From Dehalococcoidia bacterium (GTDB taxonomy: Bacteria > Chloroflexota > Dehalococcoidia > Lucifugimonadales > UBA3495): a stretch of DNA of 64,000 nt. Positions 16,139 to 23,563 of this stretch are shown here, one piece after another. Both the position numbers and the translations under genes were made by a program. A model generated the notes under the pieces. That model saw only the letters and a list, made by a program, of their open reading frames with translations. It ran no database searches and was not told where the DNA came from. The stretch covers positions 1,781 through 65,780 of the forward strand of contig DAOUJN010000005.1 in the NCBI GenBank assembly GCA_034422655.1, given 5' to 3'. Position 1 is the first letter of the stretch; each line of letters starts with the position of its first letter.

Positions 16139-17239
16139 ATGCGTACCGACGACTTTGACTACCACCTGCCCCCGGAACTGATCGCCCAGACCCCGGTGGA
16201 ACCCAGGGACGCTTCCCGCCTGCTGGCGCTGGACCGGGCCACCGGACGGGTCGACCACCGCCAATTCACCGACATCCTGGACCTCATTCCCTCCGGCGCG
16301 GTGCTGACGCTGAACCGCAGCCGGGTCATACCCGCCCGCCTGTACGGTCGGCGCAAGGGCAGCGGCGGCCGGGTGGAACTGCTGCTGCTGCGCCGCGAAG
16401 AGGAGGGAGTATGGCAGGCCCTGGGCAAGCCGGGCCGCAGCCTACGCCCCGGATCGGTCGTCAGGCTGGAGGCATCGGAGGTTTCCGACACGGAGGGAAA
16501 TGCCGCGGCTTCCCCCGCTGGCGGGTTCCCAGAGCCGGAACCGGTGGAGGCCGAAGTGCTTTCCGTTGGCGATGACGGCATCCGCCGGGTGCGTCTATCC
16601 GCCGAATCCGGTATTGACCGGCTGGGCGAAATGCCCCTGCCACCCTATATCCACCGGAGACTGGAGGACCCGGAGCGGTACCAGACGGTGTACTCCGACC
16701 GCCCGGGCAGCGCCGCCGCCCCCACTGCGGGGCTGCATTTCACCCCGGAACTGCTGGACGCCCTGCGGGACAAAGGAGTGGAGACCGCCTACGTTACCCT
16801 GCACGTGGGTCTGGACACCTTCCGGCCCGTTTCCGAGGACAACCCGCAGGAACACGCCATCCACACCGAATACTACGAGCTTCCGGCGGAGACGGTGGGC
16901 ACACTGACCAGGGCCAGGGCCGAGGGCCGGCCCATAATCGCCGTGGGCACCACCTCGGTGCGAACGCTGGAGCAGGTGGGCAGAGATTTGGAGATTAATG
17001 GTGTGGGCAGCGACGGCCCCATCAGCGCGGTCAGCGGCCAGGCCGACCTGTTCATCCTGCCGGGGCACAAGTTCAGGCTGGTGGACGGGATGATTACCAA
17101 CTTCCACCTGCCCCGCTCAACGCTGGTGATGCTGGTGTCGGCCTTCGCCGGCCGGGAGAACATCCTGGCGGCTTACCGGGAGGCCATCGCCCGGCAATAC
17201 CGCTTCTACAGCTTCGGCGACGCCATGTTCATCCGGTAG
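16139..17239 (+). CDS. queA: S-adenosylmethionine:tRNA ribosyltransferase-isomerase
   Basis: MRTDDFDYHLPPELIAQTPVEPRDASRLL...PLPPYI...AAPTAGLHFT...VGTTSVRTLE...ITNFHLPRSTL. Confidence 0.95.
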   Translation: MRTDDFDYHLPPELIAQTPVEPRDASRLLALDRATGRVDHRQFTDILDLIPSGAVLTLNRSRVIPARLYGRRKGSGGRVELLLLRREEEGVWQALGKPGRSLRPGSVVRLEASEVSDTEGNAAASPAGGFPEPEPVEAEVLSVGDDGIRRVRLSAESGIDRLGEMPLPPYIHRRLEDPERYQTVYSDRPGSAAAPTAGLHFTPELLDALRDKGVETAYVTLHVGLDTFRPVSEDNPQEHAIHTEYYELPAETVGTLTRARAEGRPIIAVGTTSVRTLEQVGRDLEINGVGSDGPISAVSGQADLFILPGHKFRLVDGMITNFHLPRSTLVMLVSAFAGRENILAAYREAIARQYRFYSFGDAMFIR

Positions 17240-17272
17240 CCACGTAATTTGGGCACGGCGGAAGCGATTTCC

Positions 17273-19678
17273 TCACCCCCATCCTGACCTTCCACCAGCG
17301 GCGCTGACGCCGCCTGAGGCTTGGGATGCTGGCGTCAACACCAGCGTTTCGAGGGTGGCCGCCTCGACGGCTTCGTCGCTCCACGCAATGGGCACGCCGT
17401 CGCCCTTCAGCCAGGCGGGCAAGAGGTCGCTGTAGTGGGGTGACAGCGGGTTGCCCGACTGGCCGCCGGGCAGCGAGAACAGCGCCCGGTCCCACTCGCC
17501 GACGTCCGCCACCATGCGCATGGAAGGGACGATGGCGGGCCCGGCCAGCGGGTCATCCGCAAAGGTGCCGGCCTGGAAGACCGTGTTGGCGTCGCCGGGG
17601 CACTCGAACGGCCCCAGGTTGAGAATGCCCCCCAGCAGGGGCATTCGACCCAGTGGGTGTCTCAGCATGCCGGTACGGGCCCGACCCCAGCGCCACCGGG
17701 CCGAGGGCTCGCCCAGCCGCCGGATTGCATCCGAGTAGGCCGAGCGCAGCGCGTCGTCAATCTCAACCTGCCAGCCATGCTCGAACCAGCCCGGGGGTTG
17801 TTCCCGCACCAGGCGGGATACGCGGCCGGCCTGGCGGGCCGCGAAGGAGGTGCTTGTGTTAGCCGGAATCACATTGCGGCCCAGCAGCCAGGGCGCGGAC
17901 CGGGGCGCCCTGGCCCCGACGACCCGGCGGGACATTTCGGCCAGGAAGAGATGGAAAAGGGTTGCGCCGGCTGAATCCGTGGACATGCGACCGTCCCAGG
18001 TCTCAAGAATCCGGCGGGCCGCCCGGGCCTCGGCGCTGACCGGCGTACCGGCCAGGACGTAATCCCTTATTTCCGCCCAGGGCAACGACTGCACATCCAT
18101 CTGAAACGCCGCCGTTGCCTCAATGTCCCAGTCCCGACCCTCGGCCAGAGCTTCCATTATTCTGCCGAGACGGTAGCCGTCAATCCAGTCCAACCCCAGG
18201 AACGGGCCCGCCCCGTGGGGTTCGGGCTGGGTGTTCGCGGCGGCAACGTAGCCGCAGGGCGGGTCGAACGCGCGGGGCATCTCGTGGAAGGGAACGCCAT
18301 CTTCTTCCCACCCGGCGCCAGTCTCCCAGCCGGCGCTGGGCACGGTCCCATAGCCACGTTGGCGGCGGGGAACCTCTCCCACCAGTTGATAGCCCACGTG
18401 GCCCCCGGTGTCGGCATAAACCAGGCCGAGGGGAAGAATGGGCCAGGCTGCGAAGGGCGCGCAAAACTCCTCGAAGGTCTCTGCCCGCAGGCTGCCCAGG
18501 AATCCTCGAATCGGGAGCGGGTCCAGCCAGACTGTCCGGATGGAGACGGCGCCAACCTCGCCGTTCAGGGCGGGCCCGATTATCGGCCCGCGGCGCGTGA
18601 CCAGGACTTCCTCCTCCACCGGGTTGGCTCCCCTGACCTGGATTACCTCCCGGCGGACCTGGCACAGGACGTACTCGCCATCTTCAAGGACCGACCTGCC
18701 GTCGGGCCCAACCCGTTCCAGGTAAAGGTCCGTGTTGTCGGTCAGCCCCGCGGTAACGCCCCAGGCGCAGTTTTCATTGTGCCCCACCACTATGCCCGGG
18801 GTACCCGCCAGGGCGGCGCCGGCCACGGTCCAGTCCGGCGACTGCATCCGCGCCAGGTACCAGTGCGGCGGCACGGCGGCGGGTAGATGCGGGTCGTTGG
18901 CCAGCAGGGGGCGTCCCGAGCGGGTCCTGCTGCCGGTCACCGCCCAACCGTTGGAACCGCCGCCGGTAGCAATCGTGTCCTGGAACATCGCCAGGTCTTC
19001 GGCGAGGCGTTCCGCGGCCCCGCCGGCGATGCCCGACGGGGGTACGGCGACCGGATGCCACTCAGGATACGCGGGGTCCAGGTCCCGCAGCGCGTCGGGG
19101 CCGTCCAGGTTCAGGACCATCAGCCTGGCAAGTTCCGCGTCCCAGTTGGACGGCATGGAAAAGGACTGGAGCTTGAGGATAGTGAGCACGTCGAGAGCGG
19201 TGAACTCGGTGGGGCATGCCCGCAGCAGGACAAACTCGTGGGGCCGACGGGACAGCCCCAGGGTGCGGCCGGCGTTCACACCCATGGCAAAGGCGGTGAT
19301 TATGTCGGCGACGCGGGACTCCAGGACCTGAAACTGCTCCTCGGCGGCGTGGCGCAGGCCGGCGCGGCGAAAAAGGCGGTCCACCGGCAGCGTCACCTCC
19401 CCGAATAGCTCGGACAACGTTCCCGATGCCGCCCGCTTCGACAACTCGATCTGCACCGCCCGGTCCTGGCCCTGGCAGAAGCCCAGGCCAAGGAAGGCGT
19501 CCAGTTCGTTTTCAGCCCCGATCATCGGGATGCCGTAGCGGTCGCGGCGCAGCGTAATTGGGCCCCTGGCGCCCGCAACCTCCAGCGTGCCGCTGGTCAC
19601 GGGCAATCGGGAACCCAGCAGCAGCCGGAACAAGGTGCGATTCAAAGCGTGCATACCAGCGGATATTCGATGATTCAA
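17273..19678 (-). CDS. penicillin/AHL acylase-family (Ntn hydrolase) protein
   Basis: 801 aa. ...GGSNGWAVTGSRTRSGRPLLANDPHL... shows the autoprocessing Ser-Asn-x-Trp context. Typical family length. Confidence 0.85.
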   Translation of the reverse strand: MNHRISAGMHALNRTLFRLLLGSRLPVTSGTLEVAGARGPITLRRDRYGIPMIGAENELDAFLGLGFCQGQDRAVQIELSKRAASGTLSELFGEVTLPVDRLFRRAGLRHAAEEQFQVLESRVADIITAFAMGVNAGRTLGLSRRPHEFVLLRACPTEFTALDVLTILKLQSFSMPSNWDAELARLMVLNLDGPDALRDLDPAYPEWHPVAVPPSGIAGGAAERLAEDLAMFQDTIATGGGSNGWAVTGSRTRSGRPLLANDPHLPAAVPPHWYLARMQSPDWTVAGAALAGTPGIVVGHNENCAWGVTAGLTDNTDLYLERVGPDGRSVLEDGEYVLCQVRREVIQVRGANPVEEEVLVTRRGPIIGPALNGEVGAVSIRTVWLDPLPIRGFLGSLRAETFEEFCAPFAAWPILPLGLVYADTGGHVGYQLVGEVPRRQRGYGTVPSAGWETGAGWEEDGVPFHEMPRAFDPPCGYVAAANTQPEPHGAGPFLGLDWIDGYRLGRIMEALAEGRDWDIEATAAFQMDVQSLPWAEIRDYVLAGTPVSAEARAARRILETWDGRMSTDSAGATLFHLFLAEMSRRVVGARAPRSAPWLLGRNVIPANTSTSFAARQAGRVSRLVREQPPGWFEHGWQVEIDDALRSAYSDAIRRLGEPSARWRWGRARTGMLRHPLGRMPLLGGILNLGPFECPGDANTVFQAGTFADDPLAGPAIVPSMRMVADVGEWDRALFSLPGGQSGNPLSPHYSDLLPAWLKGDGVPIAWSDEAVEAATLETLVLTPASQASGGVSAAGGRSGWG

Positions 19679-19768
19679 GGAAAATCGGCAACCAGGGTTT
19701 AGTCACGCAACCGGCCCAGAGGGAAGAAGCGATTGGGGCGTTCGTGAGTATGGGGGAATAAAGGAAGG

Positions 19769-19860
19769 TGGCGGAGGGAGTGGGATTCGAACCCACGATC
19801 CCGGTTTCCCAGGATAAGCGCTTAGCAGGCGCCCGCACTAGACCACTATGCGATCCCTCC
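19769..19860 (-). tRNA. tRNA-Ser (GCU), CCA encoded
   Basis: GGAGGGATCGCATAGTGGTCTAGTGCGGGCGCCTGCTAAGCGCTTATCCTGGGAAACCGGGATCGTGGGTTCGAATCCCACTCCCTCCGCCA. 7-bp acceptor stem, 3-bp D stem, CUGCUAA anticodon loop, long variable arm and a GTTCGAATC T-loop. Confidence 0.92.
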
Positions 19861-20073
19861 TGAAAACGGAAATTCACTATATCAGATTGATCGCCCGCCC
19901 ACAACACGGCCCCGTTCCCGCCCCCAGGGTCCCCTCAATGCCGCCTTTAATCCGCCATTAATGTACGGCTGATATTATTTCATTTGACAGGCTTGTCCGG
20001 CGTTCTTTACGATAATCCGAAATTCGAAACGGCTACCTGCCAACACAATGAATTGTCGGACGGTTGCTTTCTG

Positions 20074-20967
20074 ATGGTTACGTACGACCTGAAACTTGAA
20101 GATAACCGGATACTGCCCGAAACCACGGCGATCAATCACGATGTCCCAGCCTTTCGAGGCATTGAGTACCTGGCCTACCGCGCCGAGTTGCGCATCCTGA
20201 GGCGGCAACTGCTCGCCCTTCAGGAATGGATTGTGCAAACGGGTCAGCGGGTTGCCATCGTTCTGGAAGGTCGGGACGCCGCGGGCAAGGGCAGCATTGC
20301 CGCCGCCATAACTCACTACCTTAACCCCAACGGCTACGAAATCATCAGCCAGGGCATTCCCACGCCCCAGGAAATGCGCAACTGGCTGGGCCACCATTAC
20401 AAGCTCCTGCCCATGCCCGGAAAGATGACCGTTTTCGACCGTTCCTGGTATTCGCGGGCCCTGATTCAGCCGGCCATGGGTTACTGCACCATGCGCCAGT
20501 ACCACTACTTTATGAACAAGGTCAACGACTGGGAAGAGGAACTGGTTGAAGAAGGGTTGACGTTCATAAAAATCTACCTTTCGGTAAGCCGCGAGTCCCA
20601 GGACCTGAGGTTCCGGCTCCGGCAGGACAGCGACCTGCAGTACTGGAAGTATTCCGCCAACGACCGCAAGGTAGCCGAGCGGTGGCAGTTGCTGACCTAC
20701 TTCAAGGAGCGGATGTTCGCCGTCACGTCCACCGACTACGCACCCTGGGTAATCATAGAATCGGACAACAAGCAGCAGGCCAAGCTCAACGCCATCCACC
20801 ACATCCTGACCCGCTTTGAGTACGAAGGCAAGGACCTGAGACCTGAGTTTATCTACCAGGCCCCGGATATGGATATGCTGACCGACGTGGTGGTGGACGG
20901 GGTGTTATTCACCGGCCTGAACCGCGATCAGATAGGAATTTTGGAGCGCATTCTGATACATGAATAG
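20074..20967 (+). CDS. polyphosphate kinase 2 (PPK2) family protein
   Basis: ...RVAIVLEGRDAAGKGSIAAAITHYLNPNGY...FDRSWYSRAL... gives the Walker A and PPK2 lid region. The track ORF start at 19984 coincides with a TTGACA promoter-like hexamer, so the ATG at 20074 is preferred. Start uncertain. Confidence 0.8.
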   Translation: MVTYDLKLEDNRILPETTAINHDVPAFRGIEYLAYRAELRILRRQLLALQEWIVQTGQRVAIVLEGRDAAGKGSIAAAITHYLNPNGYEIISQGIPTPQEMRNWLGHHYKLLPMPGKMTVFDRSWYSRALIQPAMGYCTMRQYHYFMNKVNDWEEELVEEGLTFIKIYLSVSRESQDLRFRLRQDSDLQYWKYSANDRKVAERWQLLTYFKERMFAVTSTDYAPWVIIESDNKQQAKLNAIHHILTRFEYEGKDLRPEFIYQAPDMDMLTDVVVDGVLFTGLNRDQIGILERILIHE

Positions 20968-21424
20968 AGATGAACTGCCGAAGATGTATGCCGCCGGGGG
21001 CCTGGTCCTCTGCGGCGGCCATGCCCTGGTAATCCGCAAGCACCGGCTCCTGGACCTGCCCAAGGGCAAGGTGGACTACCCGGGCGAACCCTACGAAAAC
21101 TGCGCTCTTCGCGAAATCTCCGAAGAGTCGGGACTTTCTCCCTCTTTAATCACCATCCGCTCACCCCTCTGCCGCACCAGGTATATCTCCTATTACCGGA
21201 TCGGTCCCGTGGACAAGACGGTCCAGTGGTTCCTGCTGGACTACGCCGGCGACCTGTCGGACCCACTGCAGCCCGACCTGACGGAAGGGATCGACCAGTG
21301 CCAGTGGGTCCCCATGGACGAACTGCTGGAGCGGCTGCGGGCGGCCCGGCCCTACCTGCGCCCCGTGCGCCAGGCCATAGAGCAGGAACTGTATTCAGCC
21401 CCGGCGCCTTTGAGCGGGGTCTGA
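20960..21424 (+). CDS. NUDIX hydrolase
   Basis: Nudix box GKVDYPGEPYENCALREISEESGL. The ATG overlaps the PPK2 stop by 8 nt. Confidence 0.85.
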   Translation: MNRDELPKMYAAGGLVLCGGHALVIRKHRLLDLPKGKVDYPGEPYENCALREISEESGLSPSLITIRSPLCRTRYISYYRIGPVDKTVQWFLLDYAGDLSDPLQPDLTEGIDQCQWVPMDELLERLRAARPYLRPVRQAIEQELYSAPAPLSGV

Positions 21425-21526
21425 AGGCCGCTGCTCCGACTCCGCCCATCCCCAAATTCCCGGGCGGTGGTAGAATACGGGACAGGCAACCGGGAGCACC
21501 CAATCTCCGGCCAAGGAGGTCAGCCC

Positions 21527-22561
21527 TTGACCACCCAAACCCTTATCCCCGTCTACACCGATACAGCCGCCGAATACCGGGCCATCACCGAGTCGGCCGG
21601 CCTGCACGACAGTTCCTACACCGGCAGGCTCAGGGCCACCGGCGACGATGCGCTGGACCTGCTGAACCGCCTTTCCACCAACGGCATCATCAACCTGGCG
21701 CCCGGGCAGGGAGCGCCCACCATCCTGACCACCGACCGGGGTCGCATCCTGGACCTGCTGGGCGTGGTCAACACCGGCGACCACACCCTCCTTATCACCA
21801 GCCCGGGCTGCCAGCAGGCGGTCATCGACTGGCTGGACAAGTACACCATCATGGAAGACCTGGAGGTTGAGGACATCTCCGACGAGACGGCCATGTTCAC
21901 CGTCTGCGGGCCCCACAGCGCAGAGACGCTGGTCAAAGTGGCGCGCCAGGAAACCGGCAGCATGGAACTGGAAGCTATGAGCCCCTATGCCATCCTGGAG
22001 AGCGCGATCGGGGGGCATGACGCCTTGGTGATTCGCCGGGACCTGGGCAACCTGGTCGCCTTTGACGTGGTGGCAGCCGCCGGCAGCGCGGTGGAGGTAT
22101 GGGACGCGCTGACAGCAGCCGGCGCTACTCCCGTCGGCACCGATGCCTTCAACGCCGCCCTGGTGAGCCACGGCGTACCCCGCCATGGCCGCGAAATGGG
22201 CGATGCCTACAACCCCCTGGAAGCCGGCCTCATCGGCTCAGTCGATTTCGCCAAGGGGTGCTACATCGGCCAGGAAGTCATCGCCCGCCTGGACACCTAC
22301 CAGAAGGTGCAGCGGTACCTGGTGCGCCTGCGCTTCTCCGAAGAGGCCCAGGTGGAAGAGGGCGCAGGCCTGCAACTGGACGGCCTGCGGGTGGGCCAGG
22401 TAACCTCCCTGGCCGCCATTCCCTCCACCGGCCAGCTGGCAGGCCTGGGCTACGTCCGCACCGCCCGGGCCAACCCCGGCGAGACCCTGACCCTGGCCGC
22501 CCCGTCCATCGGCACCGCCGAGATTGTGGATTTGCCCCAACTCTTCGGGCCGGGGGAGTGA
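21527..22561 (+). CDS. folate-binding aminomethyltransferase-family protein (YgfZ/GcvT-like)
   Basis: ...EYRAITESAGLHDSSYTGRLRATGDDALDLLNRLSTN...KGCYIGQEVIARL... TTG at 21527 lies 7 nt after AAGGAGG. Confidence 0.8.
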   Translation: MTTQTLIPVYTDTAAEYRAITESAGLHDSSYTGRLRATGDDALDLLNRLSTNGIINLAPGQGAPTILTTDRGRILDLLGVVNTGDHTLLITSPGCQQAVIDWLDKYTIMEDLEVEDISDETAMFTVCGPHSAETLVKVARQETGSMELEAMSPYAILESAIGGHDALVIRRDLGNLVAFDVVAAAGSAVEVWDALTAAGATPVGTDAFNAALVSHGVPRHGREMGDAYNPLEAGLIGSVDFAKGCYIGQEVIARLDTYQKVQRYLVRLRFSEEAQVEEGAGLQLDGLRVGQVTSLAAIPSTGQLAGLGYVRTARANPGETLTLAAPSIGTAEIVDLPQLFGPGE

Positions 22562-22568
22562 AGCCGTC

Positions 22569-22648
22569 AATCCACGAATCCGCCGCGGCGGACGAATTTC
22601 CACGAATGGCGTGAGATAAATGGAATATTGGTGGGAATTCGTGGATTA
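22569..22648. repeat. family A element, copy 4
   Basis: AATCCACGAATCCGCCGCGGCGGACGAATTTCCACGAATGG...GGGAATTCGTGGATTAC. Confidence 0.8.
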
Positions 22649-22659
22649 CCTGAGCGACT

Positions 22660-22878
22660 ATGAACCAACTGCTCAGAGAAGCTTTCGAGAAAGCTGCCCA
22701 ACTTCCCGAAGACGAACAGGACAGGTTCGCCCGCTTCCTCATAGCGGAACTGGAATCAGAACGACGGTGGGCCGAACTTTTTGCCCACCCTGAGTCGGAT
22801 GACCTGCTAACGCGCCTGGCAGACGAGGCACTGGCCGACCAACGTGCGGGGAAGACGGAACCACTGGGCAGACCTTAA
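22660..22878 (+). CDS. small antitoxin-like protein (orphan, no toxin partner seen)
   Basis: MNQLLREAFEKAAQLPEDEQDRFARFLIAELESERRWAELFA...LADEALADQRAGKTEPL resembles, from memory, the helical antitoxins encoded upstream of RelE/ParE-type toxins. No toxin ORF follows. Confidence 0.45.
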   Translation: MNQLLREAFEKAAQLPEDEQDRFARFLIAELESERRWAELFAHPESDDLLTRLADEALADQRAGKTEPLGRP

Positions 22879-22905
22879 TTTCGAGGTTCCCTGCCCCCGC
22901 CCCCC

Positions 22906-23457
22906 TCAGGCGGGTATGGTAAGCCTCACCAGGGTGCCCTGACGGTGTTGAGTTTCCCGCAGTTCGGGTTCCGCGGCGCCATACATGGTTAGCAGGCCAG
23001 AGCCGGACTGGATCCACAGCTTCCGCCCGGGCTTCCGCATCTCGGTTACGGTCATCCAAAGGCCGATGCCCCTGGTGGGGATGCCGCTGCCCGACACAAG
23101 CTCCTGCACCGCCAGCCCTATGGCCTCAGCGTCCGATTCGGGTGGGGGCAGGCCTGGATTTCCGGCCAGCGTGGCTCGGATTCCCGCTCCCGAGTCCGCC
23201 ACGACAACGTCAAAGGCCTTCCCTCTGCGGTGCGGCATGTACCGCACGTGGGCGCTGGCCCCCTCCGCAGTCATTCCGTGCTCGGCGGCGTTGTTGACCA
23301 GTTCTGAAAATAGCTCCACCAGTTCGGGGCGTACGCTGGCAGCGCCCATCCGCCGCTCCTGCAGGCTCACTTCCAGGGTATCAGCCAGTTCCTGGGCTTC
23401 CTGCATAGAGCGAAAGGTTGTGGGTTCCAGCGCGTATTCCGTCCCTTCTTTGCTCAT
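22906..23457 (-). CDS. stand-alone GHKL ATPase (RsbW/SpoIIAB-like anti-sigma kinase fold)
   Basis: N box ELVNNAAEHG, G1 VVADSGAGI, G2 TRGIGLWM. No STAS protein or sigma factor gene is adjacent. Confidence 0.65.
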   Translation of the reverse strand: MSKEGTEYALEPTTFRSMQEAQELADTLEVSLQERRMGAASVRPELVELFSELVNNAAEHGMTAEGASAHVRYMPHRRGKAFDVVVADSGAGIRATLAGNPGLPPPESDAEAIGLAVQELVSGSGIPTRGIGLWMTVTEMRKPGRKLWIQSGSGLLTMYGAAEPELRETQHRQGTLVRLTIPA

Positions 23458-23473
23458 CCTGTCTCCGCTAATT

Positions 23474-23560
23474 TATCTACGAATCCACATGAATAATCAC
23501 TAATGTCTAATGTGCCCCATTCCGTCATTCGTGAAAATTCGTGCCCATTCGTGGATAAAG
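23474..23560. repeat. family A element, copy 5
   Basis: TATCTACGAATCCACATGAATAATCAC...CATTCGTGAAAATTCGTGCCCATTCGTGGATAAAG. Confidence 0.8.
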
Positions 23561-23563
23561 TCC

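Noticed and set aside
19769-21424. Genomic island integrated at tRNA-Ser
   Set aside because: The lower-GC PPK2-NUDIX pair lies on the 5' side of the tRNA, whereas islands normally use the 3' end. There is no integrase and no repeat of the tRNA 3' end in the window.
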